From the NCBI GenBank assembly GCA_049320885.1, contig JBMORA010000045.1, forward strand, positions 18,511-82,510: a stretch of DNA of 64,000 nt, in the 5' to 3' direction. Below the pieces are notes generated by a model. That model had not been told where the DNA came from. It saw nothing but the letters and a program-made list of their open reading frames with translations, and made no database searches. Each line of letters opens with the position of its first letter. Position 1 is the stretch's first letter. The position numbers and the translations under genes are program-made. Positions 56,376 through 64,000 of this stretch are shown one piece after another. This stretch comes from Thermodesulfobacteriota bacterium (lineage in GTDB: Bacteria; Desulfobacterota; Desulfobacteria; Desulfobacterales; SURF-7).

Positions 56376-57791
56376 TCATCTCGACGGACCCGTCAACGCA
56401 GCCGCTTCCGTGATCCAGCCGCCGCCCATGGCTTTATAGATATTCACCACGGCGATGACAAGAGAGGCCCGCGACTGGGCATAGGACAGTTCGGCCGGAA
56501 ACAGCTGCTGCTGTGCCTGAAGCACCGTCCCGTAAGGCACATAACCGCCATGATATTGAAGCTGGGCCAGCCGGACATATTCCTGGCCGGCCCTCACGAG
56601 GCGCCCCTCGGCCTGGACTTTTTCGGCAAATTTCCGCCTGGAAATCAAGGCGTTTTCCACATCGGCGAATGCATTCTGAATCGACAGCTCATAATTGGAA
56701 AGCGCCGCTTTCCGGGCCGCCTCCGCCTGTCTGACCTGACCTTCAATCGCCCCTCCGGTGAAAATGGGCCCTGTCAATGATCCGGAAACATTCCAGAGCT
56801 GGGAATTTCCGTCCATCAGGTCCGACAGATCCCGGCTGGCATAGCCCAAGGCGCCGGTCAATGAAATGGTGGGAAAATAAAGCGCTTTGGCCGCACCGAT
56901 CTGGGCATTCAAGGAGATGAGATTCTGTTCCGCCTGGCGGATATCCGGACGATTGACCAGCACGTCCGAAGGAATGCCGCCGGGAATCTCCGGCATCGTG
57001 ATCTCACTGATGGTCTTGCCCCGTGAAACAGGACCGGGATTACGGCCGAGGAGGATGGAAAGCGCATGCTCCGCCTGGGCGATCTGCAACTCGATCTGGG
57101 GGATGGCGGCGGCGGCGGTCTCATATTGCGTCCGGGCCTGTTCCACGGTCATCTGGGATACCTGGCCATAGGCGAACTGTTTCTCAAAAAGCTGGACCGA
57201 TTCATCGTAGGCGGCCAGGGACCGCTTTGAAATGAACAATTGTTCATCCAGTCCCAGCAGTTGAAGATAGGTGGTCGCCGTGGAGGCGACCAGGGAGAGA
57301 ATGACGCCGCGTTTGGCCTCGTCCGTGGCCAGCATGTCCGCCCGGGCGGCTTCGGTCAAACGCCGGATACGCCCCCACAGATCCATCTCCCAGCTGGCGC
57401 TCAACAGCGCCTGAAAGGAATTGTGGGGGTTTTCCGGCAAAATCCCCATGGTGGATTCGCTGACGCGCTGCCTTGCGGCATCTCCGCTGTAGCCGATCTG
57501 GGGGAACAGTGGCGACCGGACCTGCCACAGCCGTGCTTCGGCCTTTTCCAGATTGGCGACGGCCACCATGATGCTTTTGTTGTTGGCCAGGGCTTCAGCG
57601 ATAAGACCATCCAGGACGGAGTCCCCGAACTGCTGCCACCAGCGGATATTCACGGTTTCAAGGGCCTCATTCCCCTGATACAGGAAGGCATCCGGCATGG
57701 GCACTTCCGGTTTTTTGTAATCCGGCCCCACCGTACAGCCGGCAGCCAGGGCGACAAACGACAGAAGGACGGAAAGAGTGTATCGGCGCAT
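56376..57791 (-). CDS. RND efflux outer-membrane lipoprotein (NodT/OprM family)
   Basis: AAGCTVGPDY, WEMDLWG, RPDIRQAE, YKAMGGGW. Confidence 0.93.
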   Translation of the reverse strand: MRRYTLSVLLSFVALAAGCTVGPDYKKPEVPMPDAFLYQGNEALETVNIRWWQQFGDSVLDGLIAEALANNKSIMVAVANLEKAEARLWQVRSPLFPQIGYSGDAARQRVSESTMGILPENPHNSFQALLSASWEMDLWGRIRRLTEAARADMLATDEAKRGVILSLVASTATTYLQLLGLDEQLFISKRSLAAYDESVQLFEKQFAYGQVSQMTVEQARTQYETAAAAIPQIELQIAQAEHALSILLGRNPGPVSRGKTISEITMPEIPGGIPSDVLVNRPDIRQAEQNLISLNAQIGAAKALYFPTISLTGALGYASRDLSDLMDGNSQLWNVSGSLTGPIFTGGAIEGQVRQAEAARKAALSNYELSIQNAFADVENALISRRKFAEKVQAEGRLVRAGQEYVRLAQLQYHGGYVPYGTVLQAQQQLFPAELSYAQSRASLVIAVVNIYKAMGGGWITEAAALTGPSR

Positions 57792-57792
57792 G

Positions 57793-60700
57793 TTACCGGC
57801 CCTCCTGTTTCATCGCGGAATGGGCCTCCGGCAGGGCATGACCGGAGGGGGTTTTCCCAGCGGGTTCGGACTTGCCTCTGCGGGCCTCCAGCCATTCGGT
57901 GACCTGGTCGAACAGATAGAAAAGCAATGGGACATAGAGCATGGCCAGGGTGGTTTCGCCGATCATGCCGCCGATGATGCCGGTGCCTATGGAATGTCTG
58001 GCGTTGGCGCCGGCGCCCATGGCGACGGCCAGCGGCAGGACACCGAAGGCGAACGCCAGCGATGTCATGATGATCGGCCGGAGGCGCTGTTCACCCGCCT
58101 CAATGGTGGCTTCCATGATGGTTTTTCCCTGCTTGCGCAGCTCGACGGCAAAGGAAACCCTCAGGATGGCGTTTTTTGCCCCGAGACCGATGAGCACCAG
58201 GAGACCGATCTGGAAATACACATCGTTTTCCAGGCCGCGCAGCCAGTTGGCCAGCAGGGCGCCGAGAACGCCGAAGGGCACGGCCATCATGACGGTACCC
58301 GGCAGGGTCCAGGATTCATATTGGGCGGCCAGCACCAGGAACACGATGATCAGCCCGAACACAAAGGCGATCGCCGATGTGCCGCCGGCTTCCTTTTCTT
58401 CAAACGCCAGCCCCGACCAGGCATAGCTGTATCCCTGGGGGAGCACTTCGCGGGCGACTTCCTCCATGGCCGCTATCGCCTGGCCGGAACTGTAGCCCGG
58501 CGAGGCGTTGCCGTTGACTTTGGCGGCGGGGAACCCGTTGAAATGCGTCAACATATCCGGCCCGGCCATCCATCGGGTGGTCACAACCGCCGACAGCGGC
58601 ACCATTTTCCCCTGGCTGGAACGTGTATAGAGACGTGTCAAGTCGCCGGGGTTTTCCCGGTATTCCGGAGCGGACTGGAGTATCACCCGCCATACCCGCG
58701 AAAATTCGTTGTACTGGCTCACCGTAAGGGAACCGAACTGGGCTTGAATGGCGGCATAGACATCCTGGACCGGAACACCCAGCAGGTTGGATTTTTCCCT
58801 GTCGACATCCAGGTACAACTGGCGCGCCGTCGCCCGGAAGGTGCTGTTCAACCCGCTCAGTTCCGGACGCTCCGCGGCCTTGGCCAGGAACTGCCGGGTC
58901 AACGCCTCCAGTTCGCTTGGATCTCCGGCGGTCGTATCCTGGATCCAGAATTCGAATCCGCCGGTACTGCCGATACCGGGTATGGCAGGCGGCGGCACGG
59001 GGATCACCAGCCCCTCCTGGATCGCGGCGGCCTGACTCCTCAGTCCCAAAAGGACCGCCCTGGCGTTTTCCTTCTTGGCCTGTTTGACAGAGGCATACCG
59101 TTCCTCAAAGGGCTTCAGGGTCACGAAAAACGTCCCCGCGTTGGTCTTGAAACCGTTGTCCAGAAGGCTGTATCCAGAGAGTTGGGTCCGGTTGGCCGTG
59201 CCGGGAAGGTTCGCGAAAATGTTGTCCACCTTTTCGCAGACGGCTTTCGTGCGCTCGAGGCTTGCCGCATCCGGCATGATGACGGCCGCCATCACATAGC
59301 CCTGATCTTCGTTCGGCACGAAACTGGTGGGCAGCACTTCAAACAGTCGGATTATCGTCCAGATCAAGACGGCAAGAATGGCGAAGGCCACGGCCATCCG
59401 CCTGATGACGAACGTAACGGCATGCCCGAATCCACGGGTGACGGCGTCCACCTGACGGTTGAACCAGGCGAAAAACCCCCTGGTGGGCGGTGCGGTGTGC
59501 CGGAGCATGATGCCGCACATGGCCGGTGTCAGGGTGAGCGCCACGAAGCCGGAAACCGCAACCGAAATCACGATGGTGATGGCGAACTGTTTGTAAAGCT
59601 GACCGGTTGTTCCGGGTAAAAACGCCGCGGGCAGGAAAACCGAGGCCATGACCAGCACGACCGCAACGAGGGAAGTCGATATCTCCTCCATGGCCTTGAC
59701 CGTCGCCTCCTTGGGCGCGAGATGATGGCGGACCATGTTCCGTTCGACGTTTTCCACGACGACGATGGCGTCGTCCACCACCATCCCGATGGCCAGCACC
59801 AGACCGAAGAGCGTCAACAGGTTGATGGAGAAGCCCATGGCAAGCATGCCGGTGAACGTGCTGATCAACGAGACGATGATGGCCGCGATGCAGATGATGG
59901 TGGTGCGGATGCTCTGCAGAAAAAGAAACACCACCAGGACCACCAGGAAGATCGCCTCGATCAGGGTATCCTTGACTTCGGCAATGGACAGCCGCACGAA
60001 ATCATTGGTGTCGAGGGAGATGACATAGTCGATCCCGGCCGGGAAGCGCCGTTTCATCTGCTGGAGGGTTTTCTGGACAGCCGCCGATACTTCCAGACCG
60101 TTGGCCCCCGGTTGCTGGTAAATGGCGATGAACGTGGCGGGGGTCCCGTTCAGCTCGCCGTCAATGATGTATTGCCGGAGCCCCACCTCGGCCCGGGCCA
60201 CGTCTTTCAGACGCACAATGGCGCTGCCGTCCTGGCTGGCCCGTAAAATGATGTTTTCGTACTCCGACGGGTCCTGGAATGGCCCCTTGGTGACTACGGG
60301 GAACGTCAATTGAACCGATCGCGATGTGGGCTGCTGACCGATCTGTCCGGCCCCGTACAGGGCATTCTGTTTTGCGACCGCCTGCTGGATATCGCTGGTG
60401 GTGATGCCCAGGGAAGCCATGCGGTCCGGATTCATCCAGATCCGCATGGCCTGGTCCGGAACGCCCATGATCTGGGCCTGTCCCGCGCCGGGGACCCGCT
60501 TCAGGGCGTCAAGAATGTAGACATTGGCATAGTTGGCGATATATTCGCTGCTGTAGCGCCCCTCTTTGGCAAAAATACCGATCATCATCATGATGGACGA
60601 GGCTTTTTTCTGAACCGACACCCCCATCTGGGTGACGGCGTCCGGCAATTGGGGCAGGGCCAGGTTGACCCGGTTCTGGACCTGCACCTGGGCGATGTCG

Positions 60701-61002
60701 GGATCGGTATCCAGGGAAAAGTAGACGGTCAGGGTCAACTGACCGTTCGCGGAGGACGCCGACGACATGTAAATCATGTTGTCCACGCCGTTGATCTGCG
60801 CCTCGATGGGGGCCGCGACCGATTCGGCGAGGGTCTTTGAGTCCGCTCCGGGGTAGGTCGCCGAAACCGTCACCTGCACCGGCGTGATGGTGGGATATTG
60901 TTCCACCGGCAGGGCCGTCAGCGCCACGAGACCGGCGAGACAGATGATGATCGCGATGACCGTCGCAAAAATCGGCCGTTCAATGAAAAATTTCGAGAAC
61001 AT
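57793..61002 (-). CDS. RND efflux permease (HAE1/AcrB family)
   Basis: MFSKFFIERPIFA, GMVVDDAIVVVENV, AKNAIL, RLRPIIMTS. Confidence 0.95.
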   Translation of the reverse strand: MFSKFFIERPIFATVIAIIICLAGLVALTALPVEQYPTITPVQVTVSATYPGADSKTLAESVAAPIEAQINGVDNMIYMSSASSANGQLTLTVYFSLDTDPDIAQVQVQNRVNLALPQLPDAVTQMGVSVQKKASSIMMMIGIFAKEGRYSSEYIANYANVYILDALKRVPGAGQAQIMGVPDQAMRIWMNPDRMASLGITTSDIQQAVAKQNALYGAGQIGQQPTSRSVQLTFPVVTKGPFQDPSEYENIILRASQDGSAIVRLKDVARAEVGLRQYIIDGELNGTPATFIAIYQQPGANGLEVSAAVQKTLQQMKRRFPAGIDYVISLDTNDFVRLSIAEVKDTLIEAIFLVVLVVFLFLQSIRTTIICIAAIIVSLISTFTGMLAMGFSINLLTLFGLVLAIGMVVDDAIVVVENVERNMVRHHLAPKEATVKAMEEISTSLVAVVLVMASVFLPAAFLPGTTGQLYKQFAITIVISVAVSGFVALTLTPAMCGIMLRHTAPPTRGFFAWFNRQVDAVTRGFGHAVTFVIRRMAVAFAILAVLIWTIIRLFEVLPTSFVPNEDQGYVMAAVIMPDAASLERTKAVCEKVDNIFANLPGTANRTQLSGYSLLDNGFKTNAGTFFVTLKPFEERYASVKQAKKENARAVLLGLRSQAAAIQEGLVIPVPPPAIPGIGSTGGFEFWIQDTTAGDPSELEALTRQFLAKAAERPELSGLNSTFRATARQLYLDVDREKSNLLGVPVQDVYAAIQAQFGSLTVSQYNEFSRVWRVILQSAPEYRENPGDLTRLYTRSSQGKMVPLSAVVTTRWMAGPDMLTHFNGFPAAKVNGNASPGYSSGQAIAAMEEVAREVLPQGYSYAWSGLAFEEKEAGGTSAIAFVFGLIIVFLVLAAQYESWTLPGTVMMAVPFGVLGALLANWLRGLENDVYFQIGLLVLIGLGAKNAILRVSFAVELRKQGKTIMEATIEAGEQRLRPIIMTSLAFAFGVLPLAVAMGAGANARHSIGTGIIGGMIGETTLAMLYVPLLFYLFDQVTEWLEARRGKSEPAGKTPSGHALPEAHSAMKQEGR

Positions 61003-61018
61003 GGGGTCAACGCCTCCT

Positions 61019-62251
61019 CTATCTGCTGTCTGCGGCAGTCGCGGTCTCTTCCGCCGTTGTTTTGGACACGGCACCGGCATCGGCCGGCGTCGCCCCAAGA
61101 TTTTTCACCGCCACTTTCATCCCCGGACGCAGCATCAGCAGGCCGTCGACCACCACGCGTTCGCCGGCCTGCAGCCCTTCCTGAATGATCCATTGATCCC
61201 CATACCATTCGCCGACTTCGACCGGTCGTTTCTCAACCGTATTTCCGGGGTCGAGCACCCAGACGAACTGGCTTTTTGAGTCCTGCTGCACCGCGCGCTG
61301 GGGCAACAGGATCGACTGGGGGCGCATGGCCCCAAGGAGCCGCGCCCTGACATATTGGTTGGGGCGTAACAGGCCTTCGGGATTATCCACACTGGTCCTG
61401 ACCAGGAACGTCCCGGTCTGGGCATCGTACGAAGGTTCGGCAAAGGTGATGCGTCCTTTATAGGGGAAAACGGTATTATCCACCAGTATGACTTCCACCT
61501 CATAGGAAGAATCCTTTGGCGGCAGCAGCAGTCCTTTGGCCATCTGACTACGATACCGCTGCATTTCGTTTTCCGAAATACTGAAATTCACCCATATCGG
61601 GGAAAGCACTTCGACGGTTGTGAGCTGGCTGTTCTGAGGGCTTATGTAGGTACCCTCCGTCTGCGAAGCCGACCCGGCGATTCCGGAGACAGGTGAAGCG
61701 ATCGTGGTGTATGACAGATTCAGTTCCTCGGCCTGCACCTGCGCCTTGGCCTGCTCCACCGCGGCGGCGGTCGATTGATATTGCCCCTTGGCATCATCCA
61801 GATCTTTCAGGGATGCCGCATTGAGTTCGGCCAGGGGCTTGATCCGGTTCAGATTCGAACGCGCCGTTGCAAGGGCCGCTTCCTGCTTCGCCAGAGCGGC
61901 CTTCGCCTGCGCCAGCTGGGCCTTGAAGGGTTTTTCATCCATCTGGAAAAGAACCTGGCCCGCCTTTACCATGGCCCCTTCCGCATACAACCGTTTTTCG
62001 AGAAATCCGCTGACCCGGGCCTGAATGCTGACCAGATGGGAACTCTGGGTCTGGGCCACGAATTCAAAGGATACCGGCACATCCTGCGGCTTCACCTGTA
62101 AAGCGGTGACTTCGGGAGGAGGCACGGCCGCCACTTCCTCTTTTTTGTCACGGCAGCCAGGGCAACAGGATAACGCAACGATCAACATGGCGGACCATAA
62201 CAATGGATAACAGATTGGTTTGTCGCCTTTCATGGGTCTCATAGGGGGCAT
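61019..62251 (-). CDS. RND efflux periplasmic adaptor (MFP) subunit
   Basis: ARVSGFL, LSYTTIASPVSG, TGTF, LRPNQYV, GLQAGERVVVDG. The start may be 62233. Confidence 0.92.
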   Translation of the reverse strand: MPPMRPMKGDKPICYPLLWSAMLIVALSCCPGCRDKKEEVAAVPPPEVTALQVKPQDVPVSFEFVAQTQSSHLVSIQARVSGFLEKRLYAEGAMVKAGQVLFQMDEKPFKAQLAQAKAALAKQEAALATARSNLNRIKPLAELNAASLKDLDDAKGQYQSTAAAVEQAKAQVQAEELNLSYTTIASPVSGIAGSASQTEGTYISPQNSQLTTVEVLSPIWVNFSISENEMQRYRSQMAKGLLLPPKDSSYEVEVILVDNTVFPYKGRITFAEPSYDAQTGTFLVRTSVDNPEGLLRPNQYVRARLLGAMRPQSILLPQRAVQQDSKSQFVWVLDPGNTVEKRPVEVGEWYGDQWIIQEGLQAGERVVVDGLLMLRPGMKVAVKNLGATPADAGAVSKTTAEETATAADSR

Positions 62252-62484
62252 CTTTCCTGGTAGGGTTCACGACATCATCAAGTTTATTCAGGAGCACCAC
62301 CGGGAGCCAACCGCGCCAGGGCGGCGCGGATTCTCCCGGATACAGCGCACAGCACCTTCAAAAAGCCATCCGACCGATATTGTGAGGCAAAACCATATCA
62401 CAATCTGGTAAAAATGAATAGTGTTAAATACCACCAGGCGCCCTCGACAATGTCCGCCCCGCCCTGCCAAGGAGACGGACAACC

Positions 62485-63141
62485 TTATCGCAGTTTAACC
62501 AGGGCCTCTATCCCGTCGGCGCCATGTTTCCCCCAGTAATCAAACGCATCTTGAACAGAACCCCACTTCGTGAACCTTTCCGTGAATCCGGCCGTGTACT
62601 CAAGGTAGCCGACGGCGATCACTTCGTTGGATACCGAATCGAGGACCATGGCTTCGGCCTGGGTCGCGCCGGAACCGCTCCACGCACCTGTTACGCCTTT
62701 CCGTATGATACTGATGCCCATGCCTGCGGGAATCACCGTTGTAACCCCGCTGAGAATGGGTCTGCTCTGTTTGAGACCGACAATGGCCATGCGGAGTCGA
62801 CAAACGTCGGGACCGGGCTCCGCCACGACCGGGCGCCGTTGATTGACCGCCGTAACCAGGGCCGTGGAAGCCGCGTCGCCCAGCTCTTTCATTTCGTAAC
62901 CGGAAATCGCGTTGTATTCGGAATCCGGAGCCAGGGCAAAAACCACATAGTCCACCATAACCTTTTTATACTTGGTAAAATCCACTCCCGGCTTGATCCA
63001 GCGCATTTTGGCCACGCCTCCCTCGGGAGCCGGGGACAGCTTCCCCCCGTATTCTCCCAAAAAGCTCGATTGGCGCGGGCCACTGGTGGCACAGCCCGTC
63101 AAAACAATCATCCCCATGCACAGCGCCATAACCTTTTTCAT
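62485..63141 (-). CDS. DUF3313-like lipoprotein
   Basis: LTGC lipobox, SSFLGEY, PGPDVCRLRMAI, EAMVLDS; GGAGG RBS. Confidence 0.75.
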   Translation of the reverse strand: MKKVMALCMGMIVLTGCATSGPRQSSFLGEYGGKLSPAPEGGVAKMRWIKPGVDFTKYKKVMVDYVVFALAPDSEYNAISGYEMKELGDAASTALVTAVNQRRPVVAEPGPDVCRLRMAIVGLKQSRPILSGVTTVIPAGMGISIIRKGVTGAWSGSGATQAEAMVLDSVSNEVIAVGYLEYTAGFTERFTKWGSVQDAFDYWGKHGADGIEALVKLR

Positions 63142-63217
63142 TGTGTCCCCTCCCTTCGATCGGTCCGTCTTTATGTTATAAAGTTGATCCGCCGCATTTT
63201 TTGAAGTAAAAAAAGCC

Positions 63218-63829
63218 ATGCCAACCATCGACATCAAATTACGGCTCCACCGCATCGCCGCCATCCTCCTGCGCATCGGATTCCTGCCGTTCTTCACGGT
63301 TCGGATCAGCGGTCGTGAGTATCTGCCCCCAAGGGGTGGGTACATCCTGCTTCCCAAGCATCAGCGTTGGGAGGATATCCCCATGATGGCCCTGACGGCA
63401 ACCCGCCCCTTGTACTTCATCGCCAAAATGGAACTGTTCCGGTTCCCCTGGCCGGCCCGGCTGATGACCTTCCTGGGCGGTATCCCCTTGGACCGGGAAA
63501 ATCCCATGCGCAGCCGGAATTCCTTGAAAACGGCACTGGCGGTGCTGAAAAGAGGCGAACCGCTGGTCATCTTTCCGGAAGGGACCTATTTCATAAACCG
63601 CATGGGCCCCGGCCGGGAAGGCATGGTACGCTTCATCCTGTCCCGTTCCGGCAACACGTTTGTGCCCGTCGGCATTCATTACCGGCGCAACGGTCTGCGG
63701 ACCGACGTCGATATCCGCATCGGCAGGCCAGTGGCGACCCGGCCCACCAGGGAGGCCCGGGCTTTTCTCGATGACATGATGACGGAGATCGCCCGGCTCT
63801 CCGGGCTTGAGGCTCAAGCAGCGACTTGA
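63218..63829 (+). CDS. Lysophospholipid acyltransferase (PlsC family)
   Basis: HxxxxD (HQRWED), FIAKMELF, IFPEGT. Confidence 0.88.
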   Translation: MPTIDIKLRLHRIAAILLRIGFLPFFTVRISGREYLPPRGGYILLPKHQRWEDIPMMALTATRPLYFIAKMELFRFPWPARLMTFLGGIPLDRENPMRSRNSLKTALAVLKRGEPLVIFPEGTYFINRMGPGREGMVRFILSRSGNTFVPVGIHYRRNGLRTDVDIRIGRPVATRPTREARAFLDDMMTEIARLSGLEAQAAT

Positions 63830-64000
63830 AATAGATAATGATGCTGCCATGGCATCAAAAAGATATATATGACAACATTGCTGTCCGGTTAACTTTTTTA
63901 AAAACCGTGTAACATATAAATATATTTATCTATATTAACGAAAATATTTTTTCCGATTAAAGATTTTAAAAATTTATCAGTTTTTCGGCTTTTGGAACCA

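Noticed and set aside
63830..64000. AT-rich tail as a possible island boundary or CRISPR leader
   Set aside because: No repeats or mobility genes are visible; most likely the promoter region of a gene beyond the window.

Overview
Gene-dense, GC-rich bacterial DNA. The gene content (CooS-type CO dehydrogenase, ferredoxin:thioredoxin reductase, ThiH, a large acyl-CoA dehydratase activase, HDOD and DUF3313 proteins) suggests an anaerobic deltaproteobacterium (Desulfobacterota-like); this is inferred. I saw no rRNA, tRNA, CRISPR array, IS or prophage. Main blocks: (1) a minus-strand run with fumC, a glutaredoxin, an FTR catalytic subunit, a small double-CxxC protein, citrate synthase, a desaturase-family gene, acnA, a beta-barrel and a PEP/pyruvate-binding protein that runs off the left edge; (2) a lone cooS, an acyl-CoA ligase and a FabH/OleA-like condensing enzyme; (3) a Cpx-like two-component locus with a tandem GTAAC box; (4) the best candidate for a novel system: a Soj/ParA ATPase fused to an AMPK-type glycogen-binding (CBM48) domain, plus a partner carrying only the ParB-type LGRGL activation peptide, converging on an EAL/HDOD gene and glycogen phosphorylase (hypothesis: glycogen granule positioning); (5) a TPP-riboswitch-controlled thiSGHFEC operon; (6) accessory genes, including two gene remnants, an IdeS-like protease, a ZU5-like lipoprotein and an RND efflux operon. 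All family calls come from reading motifs by eye, not from database searches. Several start codons were adjusted from the ORF track using RBS and context.
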